A stretch of DNA of 64,000 nucleotides from the human T2T-CHM13v2.0 reference genome, Homo sapiens: NCBI RefSeq assembly GCF_009914755.1, contig NC_060926.1; one strand, written 5' to 3'. Shown here one piece after another: positions 13,204 through 28,539 of this stretch. Below the pieces are notes generated by a model that saw nothing but the letters and a program-made list of their open reading frames with translations, made no database searches and was not told the DNA's origin. Numbering within the stretch: position 1 is the first letter of the stretch; every line of letters starts with the position of its first letter. Both the position numbers and the translations under genes were made by a program.

Positions 13204-15289
13204 CTGGAAGAAAAAGGCATTTGTTAACGGTCCCAGGGTGTCCCTGAGGGGTGCTTGGGGTGGGAGAAATAAACATCACGGTGCTAGAGTCTGGGTAGGG
13301 CTCCAGGGCACAGGAGTTTCACACCACGTGGACCGTCACTTACTCCTCCAGCATTTACTGAGCGCCTCCTGTGTGCTGGTGGGTCCTCAGCGCTGAGGCT
13401 GACCCATGGTCTGCAGTGACCGTGCTGTGCCCAGCAGGGATGGCTCCTCCCTGGCCTCCCACTGCCTGGGTGCTGGGGCTCCCCAAGCGTGCACCGTCCT
13501 GGGATCCCCCTCCCAGCCCAGTTATGCACCATACTGGGGGTGGAGGTGGCAGCAGTGGAGATGAGATCAGGGTCCCTGTGCTCTGCCCAAGGTTAGTGGG
13601 AGGGACTAGGGTGGCCATAGTTGCTAATCAGGGATTCTGAGGGGAGAGCCTGGGCAGTGTCAGATGGTGACAGCCTGGGACAGCTTCTTGTGTGCAGGGT
13701 GACAGCAGCCCCTGGGGAATGCTGGGTGGGGAAGGGTGGGGGCTGGTTCATCCTCTGTCCCAGCCTGGGGCGGGGGGACTGCAGCCTCTGTCTGTCCCCT
13801 GGTGCTGACCCCCCCAGAGAGTCCCTCTGCATCTGCAGCCCCTGTAACTCATCCCCAGTAGGGGCCCGGCTGGCCTAGGCTCTGTCTCCTGGCTCCTGAG
13901 CCTCTGGTGTAGCTGTTGCCAGGGATGCCATGTCTGTCCTTGGGGCCAACAGAACCAGGCCCAGAAGTGTCCCCACCCCACATCCCCCCAGAGCGGGTGT
14001 GCCCCTGCACAGCCCAGCCCAGCCTGTCAAGAATGGGTCCCAGCGAACAGGGGCCTCTCACCCTCATCTGCCCAGCCTTGGGGAGCCTGGGCTGGGATGG
14101 GTGTTGGGGTCCTTAGGCCTGTGGGCAGCAGACACCAGGTCCCCAGTGACCAGACTGTGGCCAGGTTGGCTGAGTGCTCACTGCAGCCTGGGCCAAGAGT
14201 GGCCCTGTCCCACTGCCATACTCACCAGACCCTGTGAGGCCGGTGGGGGGAACCTGGACAGTGCGCCTTGTCCAAGGTCCCAGGAAGGGGAGGCGGTTGA
14301 TGTCCTTGAAGGAGCATAGAACATCCTCACTCTGGCCACCAGGACGGGAGCAGGGAAGCCCCCGTGTCCACAGTGCACGGCCGGGCACATGGTACTCCCT
14401 GCCCTTCCACCTGCCCCGTCATCCAGGCTTGGCCAGGGGCCTGCCCAGTGCTACTCCCCTCCCTCAAGTCCCCGACACCTGCACTGTCCTCACTGACCTG
14501 TGAGCCTGTGCCCATTCTCCACTGTGTCCCCCAGTCATGGCCATGAGAGGGACATCTGAACCACGGCAACCATTGGTGAATTTTTGTCAGCCGGGCAGCA
14601 GCTGTACCCCCAGGCCAGCTCCCAGTCGCCCACCCTGCACTTGGGGTGCTCCCGATGGGTGTCCAGCCCTGCCTGGGCCAACTCCATGCAGTGGGGTTTT
14701 CCAATTCCCTGGCCGTCTGTGGCCACAGCAGAGGGCACCTGAGACTTTAAACTGGGGACCCACCTTGGGGATCCCCTCTGTCTCTTCCCAGGTTCTAGGC
14801 ACAATGCTGTCCCTCCTGCCTCCTCCTGGCTTCTGGGCCTTGGCACCCACGTCCCCCGACCCTATGCTCCCTGCTGGACCCATCGCCACCCATTCTGCCA
14901 CCCCAGCGCTGCCACCTTCAGCCCACACACGTTCCTCTGACTCTGAACGCCCGAGTCCAGGGCTGGAACAGTTTCAAACATCACACCCACATCCCAGATA
15001 TTAGAAAGACAAGGGAAAAGAGAAGGGGCAAACAGCTAAAATCTAGGTCACCTGAGTCTGTCCGGTTTTTCCAGAAGTCTTGTATGTTGGTATCATTCCA
15101 TTGGCCACAAGGTCTCATGACTAGCTCTAGCCAGAAGGAAACTGAGAAGGCAAATCTTTAGGCTTTACAGCTTCTCCAGCAGGAGTAAAAAGAGGTTATA
15201 AATTGATTTTGTGTTGCTAATACACCGTGATGATTACCCAGATGATTTTATCTAAATAATTTTCTAACTGGACAGTATTAATATTAGTA

Positions 15290-15500
15290 GGTATCGTGAT
15301 GAATCATGCTGTATCCCCAGGCACTCTGCCAGGTTATTTACATTCATCACTTCATGAAACTTCACTCTGACTGTATTTTGTAGACATTGGTATTATTCCC
15401 TTTATGGATCAGGAAAGTGATGGTAATTAACTTGCCTAAGGACACAGAGTTGGTAGATATCAGAGAAGGGATTAAGAACCCAGAACTATTTTACTCGAAA
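15290..15500 (+). mobile_element. MIR fragment
   Basis: aacttgcctaaggacacagag...gggattaagaacccag MIR core-like. Confidence 0.55.
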
Positions 15501-16921
15501 GTTTCTGCTACACATCCACTGCTTCTTCCAGTGTAAAGATGTAGCACTCAACTGTAATGGACATATTAACTGTGATTCATTAATGATGATTAATTAACTC
15601 TCCTGTATCCAAACAATGCCAGTTACAGTCAGAAACTCCTATAATCAGATAATAAATCAAATTTACCTACATATCCAGAATGTTTTTTTACATGATAAAA
15701 TCTGACTTTAAGAAAAAATAAATTTCACCTAATGTGGAATAAAGTAGTGTAGCATTTTAAAAAATGTACCAAAGGCAATCAAATGAAACTGGTGTTATGA
15801 GCCATATTTTTGTTGGCAACTGTTATCACCCAAACACACATATTCAGAATAATTTCATCTTATTCAAAGATTCAAGATTCAAAAATATTTGTTAAAACTC
15901 ATCTGAAAAACTCATCTGCAGCATGAACATTTTCCTATTTTCCTGTAGTATCCCCACATCTAATTATTTTAAATAGCAATCTCAGTAAAATTATAAAATT
16001 AATAAAATTATTTTCTCCTACCATGCTGCAGATTCTTCCATGTTTGCACTGTAAAATCAGCTAATTGAAAATTTGAAACACAGGGTTGCCTGTTACTTTT
16101 TCTGGGTCTATGAAAATATAAATTGTCATCTTTTCTTGCTGTTATTTTGCTATTCAGTGGGTACACAAATGCACATGACAAAATGAGGATCGCCTTATCT
16201 GTAAGACTGAAAATAAGACTTGTGTTTCTCCCAAGTTGTGCTTGCATTTCTCACTGGCTATCAGGTGTCCCATCCCAGCCCCTGCTGTCCGCAGGGACCC
16301 CTCTGGGCAGCTGAGTCTTGCTCATTCCAGGACCTGGCAGCTACCCTGGAAAAAAAACCATTGGCAAAGCTGTGCAGGCCCTCTTTGGAGACCGGAGGGC
16401 TTTCCTGGTGCCCTGCTGGGCCGGCAACTTCCTCACAAACACCGCACACTGCTGGGGGCAAGCTGTTGGCTTCTCCTGCCTCACACAGGGTCGCTTAGGC
16501 CTGGTCCTACCAGGTCATCATCCTCCTGGGCAGCCATCTCCAGAGTGCCTTGCCCAGCCCATGTGGCCCCCATCGCCATAGCCCCAGGTGCCACCATTGT
16601 CCTGGGTGGTCAGCTCAGTGCCACCCTCACTGGCAGCCCAACCTCATGTCCCACAGCCCAGATTTCCTGGCATTAAGCTCAGTCTCTTGCAGCTACAGGG
16701 AGCAAGAACTGTGCCAGGAAGCTGGGGGGTGAACCAGGTGGAGGAAGAGGACCCTGCATCAGAGGAGAGGTAAGGTCTGGGCATCCAGGGCCAGACTGGT
16801 CTCTGCCAGCTCCAAGGCTGACAGCATCCTGAGGGGACAGCGGGCCCCAGATGGACGGAGAAGGGGCCGCTGCAGTGATAAACCCCGGACAAACACAGGA
16901 GTGATACAATTGTAAGAATCA

Positions 16922-18445
<1,524 letters not shown>

Positions 18446-18489
18446 AAATTTTATTGGTCTTTTGTATTTTTTTTAGTCTCCATTTCTGT

Positions 18490-18772
18490 TTTGATTTTGT
18501 TTTGTTTTGTTTTGAGACGGATTCTTGCTTTGTCACCCAGACTGGAGTGCAATGGCACGATCTCAGCCCACTGTAACCTCTGCCTCCCCCGGTTCAAGCG
18601 ATTCTCCTGCCTCAGCCTCCCAAGTAGCTGGGATTACAGGCACCAGCCACCATGCCTGGCTAATTTTTGTATTTATAGTAGAGACTCGGTTTTGCCATGT
18701 TGGCTAGGCTGGTCTCAAACTCTTGACCTCCCAAAGTGCTGGGATTACAGGCGTGAGCCACCACCCTGGCCT
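18490..18772 (-). mobile_element. Alu inserted in an L1
   Basis: Reverse Alu with (TTTTG)n tail. Confidence 0.93.
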
Positions 18773-21040
18773 CTGCTCTGATCTTTGTTATTTCTTTTCT
18801 TCTACTAATTTTGGGTTTGCTTTGCTCTTACTTTGCTATTTCTTTAAGATGCAACATTAGGTTGTTTATTGGAAGTTTTTCTACTTTTTATGTAGGTGTT
18901 TATTGCTATAAACTTCCCACTTAGTACTGCTTTTGTTGTATCCCATAGATTTGGTTACATTGTGTTTCCATTTTCATTTGTCTCAAGAAATTTTTTAAAC
19001 ATTTTCTTCTTAATTTCTTCATTGACTCAATGGTCATTCAGAAGCATGTAGTTTAATTTCCATGTGTTTGTATGGTTTTCAAAGTTTCTTTAGTTATTTA
19101 TTTCTAGTTTTATTCCATATTATTAAATATGTGTTAATATTTAATAAAACATTAAATAAAACATATTTAATATGTTTTATTAAATATTAAAATATATTTA
19201 ATGTAATTTCATGTTTTCAAAAAATTTTTTTGAAACGTGTTTGGTGGTCTACCATATGGTCAATCTTTGGGTCTGTTTTATGTGCTGGGGAGAAGGATGT
19301 GTATTCTGAAGCTGATGGATGAAATATTCTGTAAATATGTATTAGGTCCATTGAGTCTACAGTACAGATTGTCTGATGATTCTTTGTTAACTTTCTGTTT
19401 AGATGATCTGTTCAGTGCTGAAAGTGGGGTGTTAAAGTCCCAGCTATTATTTTATTGGTGTTTGTCTCTCTAACTCTAATAATATTTGCTTTATATATCT
19501 GAGTGCTCCAATGCTGGGTACATATATATTTATAATAGTTATATTAGCTTGAAGAATTGATGATTATATAATAAACTTTATTGTCTCTTTTTACAGTTTT
19601 TGTCTTGAAATCTATTTTATCTCATATAAGTGTAGCTACTCCTGCTCTTTTTCGGTTTTCACTTCATGGAACGTCTTTTTCAACCCCTTCATTTTCAATC
19701 TATATGTGTCTTTATAGGTGAAGTGGATTTCTTGTAGGAAGCCGATAGTTGGCTCTTGTCTTTTAATTGATTGAGCTACTCTGTGTTTTTTGATTGGAGC
19801 ATTTAGTCCATTTACCTTCAGTGTTATTATTGATAGGTAAGGGCATAGTATTGCAATTTTGCTACTTGTTTTCTAGTTGATTGTTTGGTCCTCTCTTCCT
19901 TTCTTTCGTGCTTCCTGTGTTCCTTTGTATAAAAAGTGAGTTGCTCTGGTAGTATGTTTTAACTGCTTGCTTTCTATTTTGTGCATACCTATCATAGGAT
20001 TTTGGTTTTTGGTTACCATGAAGCTTGTAAAGAACATCTTATAACCAGTTATTTTAATCTAATGACAACTTCTTTCTACTTTCTTCTTCTGCAGAGCTTG
20101 AAGGTCAGAGGTGAGAGCTTAGGGTCTTCCTGGGTCATTCCTGATCACGTGCCTGGCCCCGAGCATCCACATTGCCTTCTAGATTCCCAAAACTATTGTC
20201 ACAGCCCTAAATTCCAAAGGGTGTCCTTTCCAAGTCTTCCTTCCTAGGGTTTTTCAGCAAGACTATTTTTGCCCCAACTGATATCCTTTTCTCAGATGAG
20301 TGGGGTCAGCCATTTCCGTTTAAATGTTTTTAACAGGCATTTAATTATTGATTTGAGATTTTTCTGCTTTTTCATTGATGGAATTCTGCTATAAGCTTCC
20401 TTCAGAGCATGGTTTTCAATTAATCCTGTAAGTTTTTTTAGGTTTTGTCTACTTTTTCATTTATCTTAAAATACTGTCTTATACTACTTGTGGTTTCTTT
20501 TTTGGCCTTTTATTATTTTGGAAAATTTTTGCTAATGTTCACATTTTTAGGAGTTTCCCAGATTTCTTCTTTTCATTGATCCCTAATTTGCTTTTACTAT
20601 GATGAGAAAATATTCTTTGTATTATTTTAATCCTTCAATTTAATTGATGTTTGTTTTATGGCTTTGCATAGTGTCTTAGAAAATGTTCTGTGTGCATTTG
20701 GGAAGAATACAGATTCTGCTGTTGAATGGCGTGTTCCATATGTATCTGTTAGGTGTATTTGGTTTCTAATGTTGTTCATATTTTCTATTTCCTTGTTATC
20801 TTGTGTCTAGTTGTTATACCCATTAGTGTAAGTGGGGTATTAAAGTCTCCAACTATCATTGCTGAATTATTTCATTTCTGTCAAGTTTTGCTTCTTGTGT
20901 TTCTGTACTCTTTCCCTGAGTGCATACATGTCAATAAGTTTTACATTTTCCTGATTAATTTACCCTTTGTCGTTATAAAATATCCTTATTTCTGTTAATA
21001 TTTTTGTTGTTGTTTTAAAGTAAGTTTGTCTAATGTTAGA
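18773..21040 (-). mobile_element. Old L1 (L1M-type) fragments
   Basis: T-rich antisense ORF2-like sequence, e.g. gctgaaagtggggtgttaaagtcccagctattat. Confidence 0.75.
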
Positions 21041-21189
21041 CAGTTCCTTTTGTCCCTCTAAGAAACAGTCTATTCAGAAGGTGCCGTGATTGTCCCTGGC
21101 AGGGAGGGTTGGTGCCCTGGACTTGGTGGAGAGAGCAGCAATGCTGTGTCCACAGGGCTGAGTGCAGCTGCCTAACAGCAGGGACTCAC

Positions 21190-24003
21190 AGTAACAGTGG
21201 CCAGGACACCTTGGGCACATTGGCCACAATGATGCCAGTGAGGAATATAACAGAGTCCAGGATGTGATACTGCAGGGACACTGCCATGATGAAGAAAAAG
21301 GTGCTGGTGGAGATGGCCATTCCCGCCACAAACCAACACAGTGCCCCCTCTCAGCGGCAATGGCGTCTTCTCATTTCCAACTCCTGAGATCAAGGAGGCA
21401 ATATGACCAGTGGTGTGCGGTCACCGTGCCGATCGCTATGCCGTGGCGATGCCTACGGGGGAAGTAGACATTTTATTCCAGGGATGTTAGCTATGAGGGG
21501 CACACAGCCAGCTTGTAGCCTTCCCTCAGCGCTTGCATGATCCATGAGCGTGTAATGTTACGAAGACCAAACATGTGTCATCTAGGCCCTTCAGTTTCAT
21601 GCTTCCTCTACGACAAGCTTTGTAACAAGGTGTCACAAAGAACAGACATGAGGCCCCAGAAGGGAGAAGGGGTGTGCGTGGGCATGCAGCCCGAGAGCTA
21701 GCAGCCTCACCTCCCAGACAGGTTGGAGAAGAGAAACAGATGTTCTTGTTCCCAAGAGGGTCTCGTGTGCAACTCAGAGGAGTGGGCCTAGGGCTCAGAC
21801 TCCCCCATGACGGGCGAGTTACCCACCTAGAAGAAATGTGGAAAACAGATCAAAATTAGGCACCTTGTTCCTTGCCTCTTACACTGAGGTAGGGAAAGGT
21901 GGAACACCAGCTGCTCTAAGCACAGTCCCCAGGGCTGGTGCCCCTGCCACTTGCCCGACACCCCATAGAAGGCAGCACCTTGATATCTGCAGAGATCTGG
22001 TCTCCTCTTTAGCCTCCACAATGTCCACACCCCAGCTGCTCTGCAGCGATGATCTCCTCAGAATCTGAGATGACAAGAGCTTGCTGCAGAAGAAAGCTGT
22101 GACAGGTGCCTCATATCCTAGAAGGACCCCAGCCCTCCTCTCCAATCTGTGCTGCAGCAAACCCCAGCATGGAGGCCTTGGAACCTGAAGCTGTCACATT
22201 GGCAAGAATACAACTGAAGATAGTTTGACCTAGGAGCTGAAGACTCTAAGAACTATTCTTTCTTAAGCTCAAAGAGATGTTCTTGGAACCAGAAAAGGCT
22301 GCTGTCAGGCAGATCTAACAAAGCAAGAGCCCTGGGCTCATAGAAAGGGAAACAAGGGTGAGCTATACTGGCTGGGCATCTGGGAAGAACACTGAAGGTG
22401 TTAATAATCTCGTGAGGGTCAGGGAAATTCTAACAAGGTGATCTCCTGCTTTGAGCTCGGCAGGAGGCATCCTTTGCACCTAGAACCTTCACTCCAGCCA
22501 GCAGTTCCCTGAGCCAGGGCCAGCATGGCTTTCCTGCTTCGGACACCTGTCAGGGTTCCTGGGGAGAGGGGAGTGCTAGTTCCCCTGGCTGAGTGCATTT
22601 TGGGACTCAGACTGTCTCAGAACAGTCACAGATCAACAATCCCAGGTGGGTCTCCTCTGCTGTTGGTTAAGAAACTCCCTGACCTTCTATAGGCTCTTCC
22701 CAGAAACCCCCAGATAACTGTCCACAAATGCTGAGAGCAGGCATAGATGTTGGACAGTGATTCACATTTTCCTGGATGGGAACATGCTTGATCATCAAAA
22801 TCCTGTGAGGAACAGGGTTCAGAGAGATGTAACTTGCCCAAGCTTTCTCAGACAGGGAAGGGCAGGCTGGAGCTTGAGCAGGGACTCTCGGCTCCTGGGG
22901 CCCCAAGCTCCTACTCTCCTGAGGCTTCCTCACCTGGGAGTCACCAGAGACCAGAGGAGCGGTGGCTGGCACCCACCTGAGGATCATCTTGAAAAGATGG
23001 ACACGATGTCAGTGCTTTTTATCTCTTGCTAACAGGTAAAGATCCCTATCAAAATGACAACTAGGACAAGTACAGAGCCAAGTATACCTGGGTGAGGAGC
23101 AGGGGCATCAGCCAGAGAAACAGGCAGCAGCAAGGACCCAAGGCTGGAGGCTGGAGCTCTCCATAGGAGGATGTGATGCTGGCAGCTGTGTCCTGGTGTG
23201 ATTTACAGGCCACAGCATTCACCTATGTTAAGTGCACCATTTGTTGACTTTTTTGTAAGTTTGCAGAGTTGTGCCACCATCCTGCACTCCAGCCTCAGCA
23301 TCTCCATGCTGCCAGCAGATGCCCCCTGCCCTTCTGCAGTACCCTCTGCTCCATCCCCAGCCCCGGCACCACTGATCTGCTTCCTGCCCTGTGGATGTGC
23401 CTGTTCTGCACATTTCACATCAATTTAACCCTGCGACACCTTGCTGCCTCTGGTTTCTGTCTGTCAGCGTCATGTGGCGGACTCAATTTTGTGATTTGAT
23501 TTCCCAGGTCTCATCAGGCACACATGCTCTCCATGTTAAAGGGAAAGGCTAGCTTGGAGGAAACAGAGCCCAAAGATACTACACATGGATGCAGATTTTC
23601 TTCCTCTTAAAAATGCAAGGTGCTTCATGTCTGTCTCTCTCTTTTGTAAAATTCATGCACAGACTGCCTGTGAGACATTGGAAACGCAGGTACCATTTCT
23701 GTTTTACAGCGGAGGAAATGACTGTTTTTCCCACACCCATGCAGTGACAGCCTCTGTTCTCCCTGTTACTGCCTGAGCAAAACCAGGAGGGGACACTCAG
23801 GAGCCTTATATTGTCCAGGGACTGTTGGGAGTGCTGATTCCCACATGCGATCCAGCACAGGAAGGCACCTGTCCATAGGAGGAGGGAGAACCTTCCACCA
23901 TCTGCTTGAGGAACCTGACAATCTCTGGTGTCTGCTTGGGAGGCATGAGGACATTGGGCTCGTGGTGGGCCAGCAGCTTGGCTGCTCTGGTGCTGGAGAG
24001 GCC
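21190..24003 (-). pseudogene. Unprocessed ATP12A-like (non-gastric H/K-ATPase alpha) fragment: five consecutive exons
   Basis: 23810-24003 [43 protein letters not shown]; 22977-23087; 21955-22083 QALVISDSE..GDQISADIKVL; 21711-21826 VGNSPVMGESEP..KNICF; 21190-21452 SGVGNEKTP..IIVANVP..LATVT; all five keep AG acceptors. Confidence 0.88.
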
Positions 24004-24293
24004 CTGAGAAGGCCAAGCAAAACACACGCACAAAGAGAAATAGGAAGCAGACATTTCTTCTCCTTCGGGGGTTGGGCTGCATATTTTTGCAGCTTAGGGT
24101 TAGGCATCCATGTGCCCAAAGAAGGTCCTGGGAAAAGGGGGCCATGCCTCATCCCTCCAGCTGCCCACCCTTTTTGAAAGAATATGTAATGCTTAATACC
24201 AGTCAGGCAATATGCTGTGTATACTTCCTTACTTATTCTTCAAAATAACCCTCCAAGGAAGGGACCATTTGAGGTTATCAGAACTCTCCATTT

Positions 24294-24957
<664 letters not shown>

Positions 24958-25739
24958 TATATTTTCAAACAACACATTGGTAAACATGTAATGCTGCTTT
25001 TTTCAGCATCTCCGAGTGAATAGCCGGTCTTTCATATACACATTGACAGAGAAATCTCTCAATGAACTCAGAAATTCAGAAATTAGTAAGTATGAAAACT
25101 TAGTTGCATAGAGAAAAACAGTAGATAACATAGATAGCTGATAAGAGAAGATTTCATACAGTTACTGTGAGATATTCTTAGAGATTGACTTTTAAAATTT
25201 GAATTTATGGTAAGGCATTTTAAACTTTAATCTGGAACAAATTTAAAATTTCTGAATAGAGAAATTTCTGATGACTCAGGAATAGTAAAAATGGGTGGGG
25301 ATAATGTTTCAAATCAAGGAAGGAACCTCATTTTATTCTGAACATACTAGTTTTGACTGTTTTCACCCTGAAATTTTCACTACTAAATATATTTGAAAGC
25401 AAGTCTTTTTTCCTTAACATTTGTTTCATACACAGAGAATAACACTGTGGGTCTGGGATTCAGATTTTGAAATGAAGCGTGGACTCTGAGTGGCCCCTTG
25501 TCCTTGTGAAAGTGCACTGGTCTAGAGAGCGGCAGTTGGACCCCAGAGTGTGGCACGTGTTCCTGTGTTCATTTGAATATTCTGTGATGACCTGTCACGG
25601 AGGTCATGTGATGATGTATATCCTGCCCTCCATCCCAACTGCCACTGGGTTTCAACTGCCACCTGGGAGACTGCTGGTAAAGATGGGAGGTGGCCTTTGC
25701 CGCTTTCCATCTTCTCACTGCAGTTTCTTCACGTGGGCC

Positions 25740-26960
25740 ACTTGTACTTAAAATGTCTTCTTAATTTATTCTTTTTACTTCCCCAGCTCCAATTTGTCTA
25801 CAGATTTACAAATTTGTTTTATAGTTTTATGACTCAATTTGTATTTTCGGTCCTATGAAGCTTTTTGCCTTAAATATTTTTCTCTGTTTATAAGAATGTG
25901 CTGTTTCCTAGGCCAGTTTTGTACACACTCTTCCATAGAATAGATCCAGAAGAAACACAACAATACTGCCTTCATCATATCAGGAGATCTTGATACCAAA
26001 TACGGTAAGAGACATTCCATGAAAGGGGGATTACAGGCCAAAGTCTTCTGAATAGAGATGTGAAAATCTTAAATCAGATATCGGAACATCTTAAATCCAG
26101 AGTTTTTTAAGAAAATAAACAGATTTTCTGATGGGAAACATAATAGCCTAGTTAAGAGGTTTCGAGGGATTGTTTTAAATTAAAGACATTTTTAAAAGAT
26201 AAATACAATCAGGTGGATATAAAAAGTTACAAAATAGAAAAAATCATTAGAGGTTATAAAAGGTTTATGAAAATCTTACTTTGTAGTCAAAATTGACTAG
26301 GGTAAGTGATTTATTTACAAGGTCTTATTAAAATTAGCTACAATATTAAAAATACACTAATACCAAACTAAAATTTTGATTTAAAAAATAAGCTTTTCTT
26401 AAGATATTAATTTGTTCTCAATGAAATTACAAGAGGTAATAATTTTTCATTCTGAAATCTATTATTTTTTAAACTTCTCAGATCTATACCTCAGAAGTTC
26501 GACTTTTACTGTGTCTCTTTACACGTAATTTACAGGTCCCATATTATTGCCTTTTGTTTCTTTTCTCCTGGAAAAGGTGCATCTTTTCCAGGCTGGGATG
26601 ATAACTCTCTCCTTCAAATTTTCATCAGCCCCTTTAACTCCACCCCGCCGCCTCCCCCACCGCAGGTTCTAATTCTGCTGCTGTAATACTAAAATGCTTA
26701 TTTTTAAAGGTCTAAAATACTAATGTTTGTCTCAGAGGCAGCACGATTTTGTGCTCTTGGCTTTTTGATGTCTTAATTGTTTCAGGTGACCAGGAAACCT
26801 CCCATGTTGTTCGTTAGAGCCAGGTACCCCCCTGCTCAAGTTACTAGCTCTTCTGCTTACATTTCTTCTATAGTAGAATATTCACTCATGACTGAACACA
26901 CGCCGTGTCTTGTTAAATTCGAGTGCCCTTCTGATCAGGTGTGACTTTGAAGTTATTCAA
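25740..26960 (+). mobile_element. ERV1 (MER4-group) internal-sequence fragments
   Basis: Pattern recognition only, e.g. gaggttataaaaggtttatgaaaatcttac. Confidence 0.45.
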
Positions 26961-27400
26961 TAAACTTCATTTAGACACTGCCCACTCTCAGGCAGGCCTT
27001 AGTTCAGCCTGCTCAGATCAGTAGTCAGAAGACAGTGGGGGTCACAGATTTAATTCCCTAAATCACTTAAGCACCAGCCTTGATGGCCACATTTCAGTTA
27101 ACTTCCACACTCGGAAGAGAGAACTGAGGCACAGAAGGGTCTATAGAACTTCTCAGGTTCATGTAGCTTCCCAATAAGGACTTGAGCCAGACCTTTGTGC
27201 ACCAGGCCGCGTGCTCTTGGTCACTCCCATCTGCCACCTTTCTACCTCGTCTCATCTCAGTACAGGGATTTGCCTACACAGTCGGTCTGCACGGTTTTAA
27301 GTGCAACCTACAGTGCAAGTTCTTCCTAACGCCCAACTCAGATTCAGGAGGCTTATTTCTGCAGATGGTGAACAGGGGACAATGGTTCAAACACTGAACT

Positions 27401-27799
27401 TAGTGGTCCCCAGCCTTTTTGACACTAGGGACTGTTTTCATGGAAGATAATTTTTCAGTGGACCGGGATGGGGTGGAAGGATGCTTTCAGGATGAACCTA
27501 GCACATTTATTGTGCACTTTATTTCTATTATTATTACATTGTAATATATGATGAAATAATTATACAACTCTCCTAGGAGGGCAAACCCTACTGCGAGCTG
27601 CACAGGCCAGGGATCCAGGCCACGTGCACTTTATGCGAATCTAATGCCATGGCTAATCTGACAGGAGGTGGAGCTCAGACGGTGATGCGAGTGATGAGAG
27701 CGGCTGTGAATACAGATGAAGCTTTGCTCCCAGCCGCTGCTCAAGCCTGGTTCCTAACAGGCCACACACCATCGGTGGCCCAGGGTTTGGGAACCCCTG
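27401..27799. mobile_element. MER1-type hAT DNA transposon
   Basis: Terminal inverted repeats tagtggtccccagcc...ggtttgggaacccctg. Confidence 0.8.
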
Positions 27800-28085
27800 A
27801 CTTAACCCGTTTCCCATTTAGAAAGTAAAAGTGCAGCTCGCTGGGAGCACAGTGTTCTCGGGGAACACAGGAAATGGGTTAAACTGTGAATAAACGGTGC
27901 CTCCTTTCTCTGTGGTCTTCTGCAGCAAGATATCAACAGTTGTCTTTATTTAATCCATTTCCCAGAGTGTTGCCTCCAAGATGCAAGATCCTGAGGGCTC
28001 CAAAGAATCCACTGTCCGTCGCAAATCGACGGTCCGCCAGCTCAGTTTCAGAGACGTGGTGCTCCGCTGCAGGCCTCATCCTCAG

Positions 28086-28249
28086 GTGCACCCTGGCAGT
28101 CAGCCATCTGAAGGTACTATGGAAATTCAGTTACTCACTCTTGGGAGCAGAAGGATTCCAGACCATTCCTGTGTGCACCCTGGCAGGGAGCCATCTGAAG
28201 GTACTGTGGAAATTCAGTTACTCACCCTTGCAAGCATAAGGATTCCAGA
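28086..28249. repeat. Two-copy tandem duplication, period 87 bp
   Basis: gtgcaccctggcag..agccatctgaaggtact.tggaaattcagttactcac at 28086 and 28173. Confidence 0.9.
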
Positions 28250-28539
28250 TTCTTCAGGGTCCCAAACTTCAGATAACTCTAAAATTGCTACACTATATTC
28301 TTCTTTATTTCATGTGTGCCAATTTAAATGTACAAGTCAATCACTAGTGCTACAAATGCAGAAGTAAAGATGTATTTCCACTTCAAGTTTGGTTCACTTT
28401 TAAGAGTAAAGAACACGTCAATGCAAGGTTTAGATATTAATGCAAGGTTTAGATATAATGTCTAGCTGATTGTTAGACATTAGCTAAAATGGAACTCTTC
28501 CTGAGATAGCGTTGCCACATTTTCAAACAAATGGACATC

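Noticed and set aside
28086-28249. Repeat-spacer pattern suggesting a CRISPR-like array
   Set aside because: Only two long diverged copies in a primate context; a simple tandem duplication
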